NCBI GenBank assembly: GCA_016182905.1
Contig: JACPFR010000005.1
Span: 76,185 to 140,184, forward strand
Length of the DNA: 64,000 nucleotides
Reading direction: 5' to 3'
Origin: Elusimicrobiota bacterium
GTDB taxonomy: Bacteria > Elusimicrobiota > Elusimicrobia > UBA1565 > UBA9628
The notes under the pieces are model-generated. The model searched no databases and had not been told where the DNA came from. It saw only the letters and a program-made list of their open reading frames with translations. Shown one piece after another: positions 1 through 9,800 of the stretch; position 1 is the first letter of the stretch, and every line of letters starts with the position of its first letter. The translations under genes and the position numbers were made by a program.

Positions 1-61
1 GAGGTGTGAATCCTGACAGAGGAAATACGGTCATTCCCATCGAAGGTCGGAGACGAAATCC

Positions 62-775
62 ATGATGAGCAATATTCGGTCGCGTTGTCTTTGGGTCGGT
101 ATTCTTTTAGTACTCCCATACGGTGCGCATTCGAAGTGGATGTTCAAGAACTATGAAAAAAACGTACCCACGGAGGAACTGCGGGCGAGAGCTGATCGGC
201 TCGATTCCGAGGCAGTATTAGCCCTGGGATTGAGGAAAGACAAGGCATCTGCTGCGCTGTTGCGTAAGTTGGCGGGCACGCGTTTCAGGGAAAGTGAGAT
301 GCGCGAAAGGCTCAAACTCGACGAATCCGAATTCGAACAGAAAAAGAAAGTCTATGGCGCGCGCTGGACCGAGGAACATCGGGATGCTTCCTTTTCGGCG
401 AAAGCGGCTCTGACTAGGATGAAAGAGGCCGATTACTTGAACGACTTCATCGTCGAACTCTCAACGACGAACGACGAATGGAAGAAAGAAATCGTCGAAT
501 ATCTGGGCTATATCGGTGACTCGCGAGCCATCAAACATCTTGGCCCTTTACTTGGAGTCGACACCTGCACTCCGCCGCAGGCGCGAGTCAGGCGGCCTGG
601 AGCCGTAGGTGGCCTGATCATGTGCAAGACCCTGGGCTCAGTCGCTGCTGAGGCACTCGGGAACATCGTCCAACCTCCATTCATGGATATTCAGAAAAAG
701 GAACCCAACAAACAGCACTTCTTTTATACGGAATGGAAGCAATGGTGGCAAGATCATAAAGGGGAATATCGGTGA
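62..775 (+). CDS. secreted hypothetical protein with HEAT-like (PBS-lyase type) repeats
   Basis: N-terminal hydrophobic signal-like segment (LWVGILLVLPYGAHS). HEAT-like repeat signatures (EIVEYLGYIGDSRAIKHLGPLL; AAEALGNIV). Region GC is visibly lower than the rest of the window. Confidence 0.55.
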   Translation: MMSNIRSRCLWVGILLVLPYGAHSKWMFKNYEKNVPTEELRARADRLDSEAVLALGLRKDKASAALLRKLAGTRFRESEMRERLKLDESEFEQKKKVYGARWTEEHRDASFSAKAALTRMKEADYLNDFIVELSTTNDEWKKEIVEYLGYIGDSRAIKHLGPLLGVDTCTPPQARVRRPGAVGGLIMCKTLGSVAAEALGNIVQPPFMDIQKKEPNKQHFFYTEWKQWWQDHKGEYR

Positions 776-848
776 GCACATTGATTGTTTTGTTCGGGAT
801 ACTTCGAAAAGGCCACTCTCAGCAAGGAGCAATGTCAATCGAGGTCCT

Positions 849-1700
849 ATGAATACATATCCCGATCCAGTGAGTTTTCTGAGAGGTCCCGGTAAGGTTG
901 CGGCGTTCGCGACGCTCGTAGTTGGCCTCGCACACGGAGCACCTGTGGACAGCACAGATGAGCTGCAAAGCGACATGAATTTGATTACGACGGCCGGCCG
1001 GTCTGCGGGTGGGGCGGAGCTAGAGCGGGTTGGCGATCGTCTTCACGACAAATGGAAAGCTAGAGATAATTGGCGTCATGCTGACGTGATGCTGAAACTC
1101 TGTCAGGAGGTCGGTTCGGGACCGTATCCACGAGCGATGAAGCATAAGCTCCTGAGAAAGTACTCACTTGCGGGGCTGGCGGATCAGGCTCAAACGCCGA
1201 TTGAGACGTTGATGGGACTTGCGGATTATGTCGGTTCCGACTTAGCCGGTTCTCGAGCGGCTCAAACAAGCGATGAGTGGGCAGGTCAACGCCGAGCTGA
1301 TGCGATCCTTCGATTGCAGGTGTGGAAGCGGTTGCTGGCTTCTATCGATCCTACTTGGAACCCTAATGATAAGCCGTTGCTCAACGTCGCGCCACCCGCA
1401 TCCACTGGATTGCCTGCTGGGATCGGTCCGAGCGAGGTCAAGTCACCGCAGCTTCGCGCGCAGTACGAGGCTACAATCGACGCGAATAACCGGAAAGCGG
1501 CGAGATATCACGAGCAATACACTTTGAGAAACCGTCAGAAGGGTTTCGTGAGGAGAAATGAGGAGTTTCTTGTTGAAGCCTATTCAAAACCTCCGAGACG
1601 CATGGATGAGCTCGAAGGATTGCTGAAGGAGTATGTACCGAACGAGCAGACATCTATAACTCGAATATTGAAGGCCGTAGATGACCGGAGAGATCGCTAA
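849..1700 (+). CDS. hypothetical protein, probable signal peptide
   Basis: Long ORF in the low-GC block. N-terminus has a hydrophobic stretch (VAAFATLVVGLAHGAP). No recognisable catalytic motif. Confidence 0.5.
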   Translation: MNTYPDPVSFLRGPGKVAAFATLVVGLAHGAPVDSTDELQSDMNLITTAGRSAGGAELERVGDRLHDKWKARDNWRHADVMLKLCQEVGSGPYPRAMKHKLLRKYSLAGLADQAQTPIETLMGLADYVGSDLAGSRAAQTSDEWAGQRRADAILRLQVWKRLLASIDPTWNPNDKPLLNVAPPASTGLPAGIGPSEVKSPQLRAQYEATIDANNRKAARYHEQYTLRNRQKGFVRRNEEFLVEAYSKPPRRMDELEGLLKEYVPNEQTSITRILKAVDDRRDR

Positions 1701-1725
1701 TGTCCAATGATCCCGAGGACAAGAG

Positions 1726-2274
1726 ATGATTAGAAGAGACTGCGCAGGCGTTGCGGCGTTCCTGCTTATGCACTGCATTGGCATGGCGGCGGCGGCCGGA
1801 GGTGTGAATCCTGCTGCTCCTAAGCCGGAGATGCCGCGTATTTTGAAAACAAACAGGGCAGCGGTAGCGAACTTTAAACATTGGATCGCACTTCAGCATA
1901 TAGGAGTCAGTGATAAGCCGGTATCGGAATTCATTATTGCATTCTCGCCCGGTGCGTCGAATGGCGAACTGAAATATGCGCAACTCGCGAAAATCATCGT
2001 TCTAAGCGATACCGATTATGCGCCCATCTTGGATTTTATTCACGGGTCCGAAAACGCAGGTTCGACCGCGTCCGCTGATAGGGGCTCGTTCCAGATTTCC
2101 GTTTTTTCAATGCTCGATATGAACGAGGTTTTTTATATGGCACCTCTGCAATCGGAGGCTTTTTTCTCCTTTTTGTCCGCGCATTTGCAAAAGAATAAGA
2201 ACATCAAGGCCGACGTGAAGAAGACGGCGGCTGACATGAAGGAATTTTTGTCGCGTATCAAAGCCAAAAAATGA
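1726..2274 (+). CDS. secreted hypothetical protein (paralog of the next gene at the N-terminus)
   Basis: Signal peptide (AAFLLMHCIGMAAAAGGVNPAAP). Shares the AAA-GG-x-NPA-x-P N-terminal motif with ORF 2271..3080. Confidence 0.5.
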   Translation: MIRRDCAGVAAFLLMHCIGMAAAAGGVNPAAPKPEMPRILKTNRAAVANFKHWIALQHIGVSDKPVSEFIIAFSPGASNGELKYAQLAKIIVLSDTDYAPILDFIHGSENAGSTASADRGSFQISVFSMLDMNEVFYMAPLQSEAFFSFLSAHLQKNKNIKADVKKTAADMKEFLSRIKAKK

Positions 2275-3080
2275 GGCAGAAGGCCATAGCCGGCATGCTC
2301 TTTTCGCTTCCCGCGCTCGCGGCAGCCACCGCTTATGGCGGCGAGAATCCTGCGGTTCCGTTACAGCGAGATGACATCGTGAAGATGTCTCCGGCGAAGG
2401 CTGCCGCGATCTTGCGAAGCGACGCCAGGAATTATGACGGCTGGTGTGCCGTCGTCACGTATGCGCCTACTGCTCTATTTGCCGACGAGACCGTCAAATC
2501 TTCGTTGATCGGCCTTGTCGAGCGAATCAATAAGATCAATGAAGACTGGCGCCATGCCTATGATCGGGGCGAGAACCCTGCCGGTCTCAAGTCCCAAATT
2601 GGGGAAGGCTTCGGCGAGTGCCAAGGAGAACTCGCCACTCGTGCGGTCCCAGTCCTCAAAGGAGATAAGCGGGCGCTACGGGCCTTGGTCGAAGGACATC
2701 GAGATGCGGCTTTGGATTTCGGCGATGAGGCTGGTCGATTGGCCATTCAGGAGCGGGCCGATCCGAGCTCGTCTCTGGCACTGCGCGCCGAAATGATCGA
2801 TTTGCTCGGTCGACTGAAAGAAAAGGGAACGTTATCACCATCACTCCAGGAGCAAGCAGAGAAGACAGTGTTCGATGCCTCATCCGATGAGAACGACGGA
2901 ATCAAAAGAATCGCTATCAGGAACCTGCGGCACTTCTCGAAAGCTAAAGCACTAAAGAGGTTGAAGGAAATATCCGCGACGGACTCGCGGTCTTTCATCC
3001 GGAAGAGCGACCAGGAGCAAGTGTTCCCTATTCGAGAGGAAGCAAAAAAGGAACTTGATCGCCTGTTAAAAACGAAATGA
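2271..3080 (+). CDS. secreted hypothetical protein with HEAT-like repeat
   Basis: Signal peptide (MLFSLPALAAATAYGGENPAVP). HEAT-like segment (IKRIAIRNLRHFSKAKALKRLKEI). Overlaps the stop of the upstream gene, consistent with an operon. Confidence 0.5.
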   Translation: MRQKAIAGMLFSLPALAAATAYGGENPAVPLQRDDIVKMSPAKAAAILRSDARNYDGWCAVVTYAPTALFADETVKSSLIGLVERINKINEDWRHAYDRGENPAGLKSQIGEGFGECQGELATRAVPVLKGDKRALRALVEGHRDAALDFGDEAGRLAIQERADPSSSLALRAEMIDLLGRLKEKGTLSPSLQEQAEKTVFDASSDENDGIKRIAIRNLRHFSKAKALKRLKEISATDSRSFIRKSDQEQVFPIREEAKKELDRLLKTK

Positions 3081-3083
3081 ACC

Positions 3084-3821
3084 ATGAACACAATGAATAG
3101 GACTGTGCTCGGCGGCATGTTCATCGCGCTTCCTGCGCTTATGGGAGCCGCCGCTTTCGGCCAAGAGTTGGTCTTGCCGGAAAGACTACGGCAGTTGCAG
3201 GTCGACAAGGGCTCCTTCACTTTGGTCGACGTGCGCGACGTCGGTCAGTACCAGATCCGCCACATCGACGGCGCTATCAATATCCCGAAGGACGCGATTG
3301 GATCGGCTGACCTGCCCAAAGGCGGACGGATCATCCTCTACTGCGGCGACGCGCATTGCCCGCTCAGCCACGCGGCGGCCAAGACTTTGATGTCGAACGG
3401 CGTCGAGAACATCGGAGTGCTCTACGGCGGAATCGCCCAGTGGGAGAAGAGCGGCTATCCCGTGCTGCCTGTGCCCATCGAGAAGGAGAAGGTGAAGGGC
3501 GACATCGACGCGGGGGAACTGCAGGACCGTATTCACAAGACCGGTGCGGTCGTCGTCGTGGACGTGCGCTCTGCCGAGGATTTCACCGCCGGGCATCTTC
3601 CAGGAGCCCGCAGCATTCCGCTGGAAAACCTCTCGAAGTCGGTGAAGTCACTCCGAAAGCATTCGGATATCGTGGTCTACGATCGCGTCTCGCAGCGCAG
3701 CAAGACCGCAGTGCGGCAGCTGGCCGAGGCGGGCGTCGGCGCGCGTGCGCTGGCGGGCGGAGTCGGGGCGTGGGCGATGAAGGGCTTTCCTTTAGAAGCG
3801 GGGTCTCAGAAAGGCTCATAA
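3084..3821 (+). CDS. rhodanese-like domain protein (two rhodanese folds), secreted
   Basis: Signal peptide. First domain has the typical rhodanese pattern (LVDVRDVGQYQIRHIDGAINIP ... ILYCGDAHCP). A second rhodanese-like half (VVVDVRSAEDFTAGHLPGARSIP ... VVYDRVSQRS) lacks the cysteine. Confidence 0.7.
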   Translation: MNTMNRTVLGGMFIALPALMGAAAFGQELVLPERLRQLQVDKGSFTLVDVRDVGQYQIRHIDGAINIPKDAIGSADLPKGGRIILYCGDAHCPLSHAAAKTLMSNGVENIGVLYGGIAQWEKSGYPVLPVPIEKEKVKGDIDAGELQDRIHKTGAVVVVDVRSAEDFTAGHLPGARSIPLENLSKSVKSLRKHSDIVVYDRVSQRSKTAVRQLAEAGVGARALAGGVGAWAMKGFPLEAGSQKGS

Positions 3822-3822
3822 C

Positions 3823-6800
3823 ATGAACAGCGAACGGATTCGCCGCCTGGCGGTTCGGACAGCGCTCGGGTTGTCGCTCGTCGCGGCATCCTGGACCGGC
3901 TTCGTCCGTCCTCCGTTCGCCAGGGCCGCCTCCGTCTGCACCGTCGTGAAGCTCGAGCTGGAGCAGAAGGCCGCGCTCGAGCGCGAGGCGTTCAACGCGC
4001 ACCTCGTCCTGACGAACAACCAGGCGGACACGCCGCTGTCGAGCCTGCGCGTGACGATAAGCATCAAGGACTCGCTCGGCAACCCGGCCGACGCCCTCTT
4101 CTTCAATAAGGTGACGGACATCGCCGGCGTCTCCGCCGTCGACGGGACCGGCACGATGCAGCCGGCCGCCGTGGCGGACATCCGCTGGCTCATCATCCCG
4201 TCGCCGGGGGCGGGCGGCTCGCAGTACGACGGCACCCAGTACCAGGTCACGGCCCAGATCTCCTACGTCTCGGGAGAGACTCCCGGCCTGAACCCCACGC
4301 AGCCCGCGTACATCACGGTCTACCCGCAGCCGCTGCTGAGCCTGGAATACCTGATGCCCTTCGAGGTGTTCGGCGTCGATCCCTTCACCTTGACCGGCTC
4401 GACCGAGCCCTTCCCGCTCGGGCTGCGCGTGTCGAACGTGGGCGCCGGCACGGCGGTCAACTTCCAGATCGACTCCGCCCAGCCCGGTATCACGGACAAC
4501 AAGCAGGGCCTGCCGATCTCGTTCCAGATCGTCGGGGCGTTCCTGAACTCCAGCCCCCTGCCGGCCAACACCTTGACCGTCCCGTTCGGGAACATCCCGC
4601 CCGGCGGAAGCTCGCTCGCCTCCTGGCAGATGACCTCTTCCTTCTCCGGCCGCTTCACGGACTTCACCGTCACGGCCACCCACGACGCCTCGCTCGGCGG
4701 CGCCCTGACGTCGCTGATCCAGAGCGTGACGACCTACACCTTGATCAAGGACGTGCTCGACGACCAGCCCGGGCGCGACGCGCAGTACGACCTGCTGGTG
4801 AACGTGGGCACGCCGCGCAGCCGGATGGAGTCGGACTATCAGTCGGGCCTGGAACCCAAGCCGGACGCCCTCATCGACTCGGACCGCCCCGGCTTCACGC
4901 CGGTGCGCAACGTCCCCGCGCACCTGGGCGGGGGATTGTCCGGGTCAAACGGCGTCCTGAACGTCGTCTTCGATCAAGCGGTGCCGACCGGCACCTGGGT
5001 CCATACCTCGATCCCGTTCCCTCAGGGCGACTCGGTGCCGCTGACGTCCGTCAGCCGCTCCGACGGCAAACCCATCAACCCGCGCAACGCTTGGATCGCC
5101 AAGCACATCGACAAGCTGACGAACACCCGCACCTATTTCCTCCATCTGCTCGACTTCACGTCGTCGGAGCCGGTCGGCTACGCCATGACGTTCAACGCCG
5201 CGTCCTTGATCGTCCCGCCCGACCCGATCTCGAATTTGAGCGCGCTGGCGTCCGGACCTGGAGCTTTGTCCTTGAGTTGGAACGCGACGGGGGCGGAGGG
5301 CTCAAGCGGCACCATCGTGGGCGGACGCTACGCGATTTTCGCCTCGACCGATCCGTCCGCGGTCCCCGGCGTCGCGGGCGCCGCTGTGAGCTTCTCGACC
5401 GTGACGCAGGCCCTGGCCGGGCAGGACTACCTGCTCTCGGGCCTGCTCGGCAACGCCACCTATCAAATCGCGGTCTTCCTGGCCAACGCCGCCGGGCAGT
5501 TCTCCTCGGTCTCCAATATGGTCGTCGTTCAGACGTTGGCCAATCCGCCGACGGCCGTCCAGGTCACGTCAATCACGGCGTCCGGGTTCGCCTTGAGTTG
5601 GACCACTTCAGCCAACGGCGCCGGGACCGAGTATCAGGTCGCGCTTTCCAGCGGCGAGCAAACGGCCTTCACGGCCGATCAGTCCTCCGCCGTCTTCTCG
5701 GGCCTCAACGCCAATCAGACCTATTCCGTGACCTCGGTTGAGCGCAACGGCGCCCAGGCCCTCACGCCGGCCGTCGTCATCGCCGGCGTGACCACGTTGG
5801 CCCTCCCGCCGGCCACGACTTCGCCGGCCTTTGTGAGCATCACGACAGACTCGGCGCAGGCGCAATGGCTCCTCGACGGCAACCCGACCGATACGGAGTT
5901 CTTCAGCGAGCTTTCCACTTCCGCGTCCCGCGCGCCCGTCTTCGCCGCGAGCGGCTGGGTGCGCGCGCACGACTTCACCTTCGCGGGCCTACCCTCGGGG
6001 ACCACCTTCTACGGCCAGGTCAAGGCCCGCAACCGGGCCTTGACCGAGACGGCCTACGCCGATTTGGGCGCGATGCGGACCGCGCCCGTGGACAATCTGC
6101 CGCCGCTCACGTCGTTGGCGGTGGGCTTGCCGCAGTTTGGCGCGTCGCCGGTCTATATCGCCACCGGCACGATACTGAGCCTGTCCGCCGTGGATGACAA
6201 GGCCGTGGAAGGCGACGGCATAGGGCTGGGTGTGGCGCAAACGCTCTTCGCGATCGATTCCAGCAGCTTTACGGCCTACACCGGGACCTTCACGCTCGTC
6301 GCCCAAGGCACGCACACGATCCAGTTCTACAGCGTCGACGTGCTGGGCAACGCGGAGATCGCGCGCAGCGCTTTGGTCGCCGTGGCCGCGCCGCCGGCCG
6401 CCGTCGTCGATCTCGCCCTTGCCGCCGTCCACCCGTCCTCCGTCACGTTGCGCTGGACCGAGCCGGTCGGGGCCATACCTCAAGTCTCTTACGACTTGAG
6501 GCGCGCCACCTTCCCCATTACAACGGACAACTTCGACGCGGCGACGGCGATTCCGGCGCCCGCTCCGGCCTCGTCGGGCACCGTCTTGTCGATCGACGTC
6601 GCCGGCGTCACGGAACCCGGGTTCTACGCGGCGCTCGTGAGCCGGAACGCCCTCGGAGGCGTTTCGCCTCTGAGCAACGTGGCGGGGCTCATCCGCAGCA
6701 CGGTGACCGTGAACGGCTACCCGGAATTGGCGTTCTCGGCCAATCAATCCGTCACCGCGACGTTGCTCTCGCCGGCGGAGGGCAAAGGCGCCGTCGCGTT

Positions 6801-9800
6801 CGCGAGCGCGGCGCCCGTCGGGCTGATCTTGGTGAGTTCGATCTACGACCTGGGACCCGAGGGCGCCGTCTTTAATCCGTACGCGGCGCTGACCCTCCGC
6901 TACTCAGCCGCGACGCTCGCAGCCCTCGGCTTGGTCCCGAGCGATCTGGCGATCTATCAGTACGTCGCGGGCTCGGGCTGGGTGGCGGTCTCGGCCCAAA
7001 CGCTCAGCGTGGACGATCAGAACGTCATCGCGACCATACCCAGCCTCGCCTCGATCTTCGCCTTGCTCGGCAAGTCGCACGTGCCGCCGACCTTGGCGCT
7101 CACGCCGATCAATGGAAGCACGGTCACGACCCCGACGCCTCGAATCACCGCCGTTTATTCAGCAATCGGCCCCGGCGTCGCCCCCGCCACGGTGCGCCTG
7201 ACGCTCGACGGCGCGGACGCGACCGCGTCGGCGGTCGTGACCGCCTCCGAAGCGAGCTTCACGCCCGATGCGGCGCTCGCCCAGGGCAGCCACACGGTGA
7301 CGGCCGCGGTCGCCGACTACGCGGGCAACGTCGCGACGGCGAGTTCGACGTTCTTCCTCGACAGCGTCCCGCCGGAGACGACGTTGGTCGTCGGAGACCC
7401 TCTGTTCAGCTCGACGACGCTTTTCGTGACCGCCGCGACCCCGCTGGGCTTGACCGCCTCCGAGCCCGCGAGGACCTTCTACGCCGTGGGTTCAAGCACT
7501 TTCGCGGCTTACTCCGGGACCTTCACGCTCGTGGCCCTGGGCACTTACACCGTGCAGTTCTACAGCGTCGACCTGGCGGGCAACGTGGAGGCCACGCGCA
7601 GCGCGCAAGCGGCCGTGGACGGCCTGCCGCCGCGCACCGCCGCCGCTTTCGGGGAGCCGAAGTTCGCGGGGGACCGGCTCTACGTGAGTTCCACGACGCC
7701 GATCGAGTTCTCCGCGGCCGACGACCTGGCCTCCCTGGGCGACGGGAGCGGGGCGGGGGCGGCGCAAACGCTTCTGTCCGTCGATTCGGCCGCTTTCGCG
7801 GCAGCCGTCTCCGCGATCAGCCTGTCGTCCGAAGGCGAGCACGCCTTGAGCTGGTACAGCCGCGACTTGCTCGGCAACTCCGAGATTCCCGTGAGCACCT
7901 CGATCGTCGTGGACTTGACGCCTCCTCTCACCCAGCTTCTGATCTCCTCGCCGTCCATTACGCAGGCCTCGGGCACGGTGGTCGGACCGGCGACCATCCT
8001 GAGCCTTTCCGCCCAGGACCCGGTCTCGGGCGGCGTGGCCTCGGGCGTCAAGGACACGTTCCTCTCCGTTTCGACGAACGTCTTCGCGCCGGCCCCGGTC
8101 ACCTTCACCCTCTTCGGCGCGGATGGCCCGCGTACCGTTTCCTTCTACAGCCGCGACAACGTCCTCAACGCCGAGCCGCTCGCGAGCGCGACCGTCCTGC
8201 TCGACGCGACGCCGCCGGTCAGCGCCGCGACGATCGCTGTACCGCTTTATGTCGCCGCGGACGGCACGCGGTACGTCACCCCGGCCACGCCGATCTCCTT
8301 CTCGGCCCAGGACGCGGCCGTCGACGGGGTCGCATCCGGCGTGGGTCGCATCGAGGTCAGCGTGGACGGCGCGGCCTTCGCCGTTTACGCGGCCGGCTTG
8401 ACCTTCGCCGAAGGTCGGCACGTCGTGCGCTACCGAGCCGTGGACAACGTCGGCAACGTGGAGGCGGAACGCGAGCTCCTGCTCCGCTCGGACGCGACGC
8501 CCCCGCTCACGGTGTTCGCGCCTAGCGGGACGTTCTTCACCGCGGCCGACGGCGCGCGTTTCGCCCCGCTGAGCTTCTCTTATTCGCTCCCGGCCGCGGA
8601 CCCGGTCGTGGGCGACGTCGCCTCGGGCCTGGCCTTCACGCGCTACGCGCTCGATTCCGGGTCCTTCCAGGCCTACGCGACGACGTTCACTTTGACCGAG
8701 GGCGTGCGGCGCGTGGACTTCCAGAGCGAGGACAACCTGGGGCATCTCGAACTGCTTCAGAGCGCTACGGTCTTCGTGGACGCCGCGGCGCCTCTCACGG
8801 CGCTCGCCATCGGCGCTCCTCAGTTCATCTCCAGCGGCACCGTGTACGTGAGCACGGCGACGCCGTTCTCCTTGAACTCGCAAGACCCGACGGTCGCGGG
8901 GACCGCCTCGGGCGTGTCCGGGATTTCCTTCCGGCTTGACGCCGCCGCGTTCGGGCCTTATCTGTCCGTCTTCACGCTCCCCGCGCCGGACGGCCTGAGG
9001 AACGTGGCGTGGTCCGCCGCGGACAACGTGGGCAACGTCGAGGCGGAGAAGACCTCAAGCGTGGCGCTCGACGCCACCGCTCCGCAGAGTTCGCTGGTCG
9101 TCGTCGGCGGCCGCCAGGTCGCCGGTCCCGATGCCGCGAGCTTCTATGCCTCCTCGGACACTCGCGTGGCCTTCATGTCCTTCGATCCTGTAACGAGCGG
9201 AGTAGCGTCAGGCCTGGCCGCGGTCCGCTACCAGGATAACGGCGGGGCGTTCCAGAACTTCGCGGCTCCGCCGGCCCTGGGCGAGGGTCGGCACGCGCTG
9301 GGTTATCAGGCCCAGGATAACGTCCTAAACCTGGAGGTCCTGCGCTCGACGACCGTGCTGGTGGATGCGACGCCGCCGGTGACCGCGATTTCCATGGGTG
9401 CCCCGACCTTCACGGCCGCGGACGGGACGGTCTACGTCGCCCCGGCGTCGTCGATCTCCTTCTCCGCCGCCGATCCATCCCTGCCGTCGGGCGAGCCCGG
9501 CTCGGGGGCGGAGCGCGTCGAGGTCTCCGTCGACGCAGGCGTCTACGCCGCCTTCAACGCCCCGCTCACCTTCTCCGAGGGCCTCCACACGGTCCGCTAC
9601 CGGGCCTTGGACCGGGTGGGCAACGTGTCGGCGGAGCGCACGCTGGAGCTGCGGTCGGACGCCACGCCTCCGGCGAGCGAGCTGGCGATCGGCGAGCCGA
9701 GTTTCTCGCTTTCCAGCGCGACCGTCCTGGTCAGCTCGATGACGCCGTTGTCCATCGCGGCGCAGGACCCGACGGTCAACGCGGTCGCCTCAGGGGTGAA

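Noticed and set aside
3583-4923. 446-aa minus-strand ORF (and other 100-460 aa antisense ORFs at 4320-11721, 7492-8883, 5989-6747) inside the giant adhesin gene
   Set aside because: Antisense or alternate-frame ORFs with R/G/D-rich nonsense composition. The sense frame carries coherent FN3, Ig-like, NHL and CTD domains.
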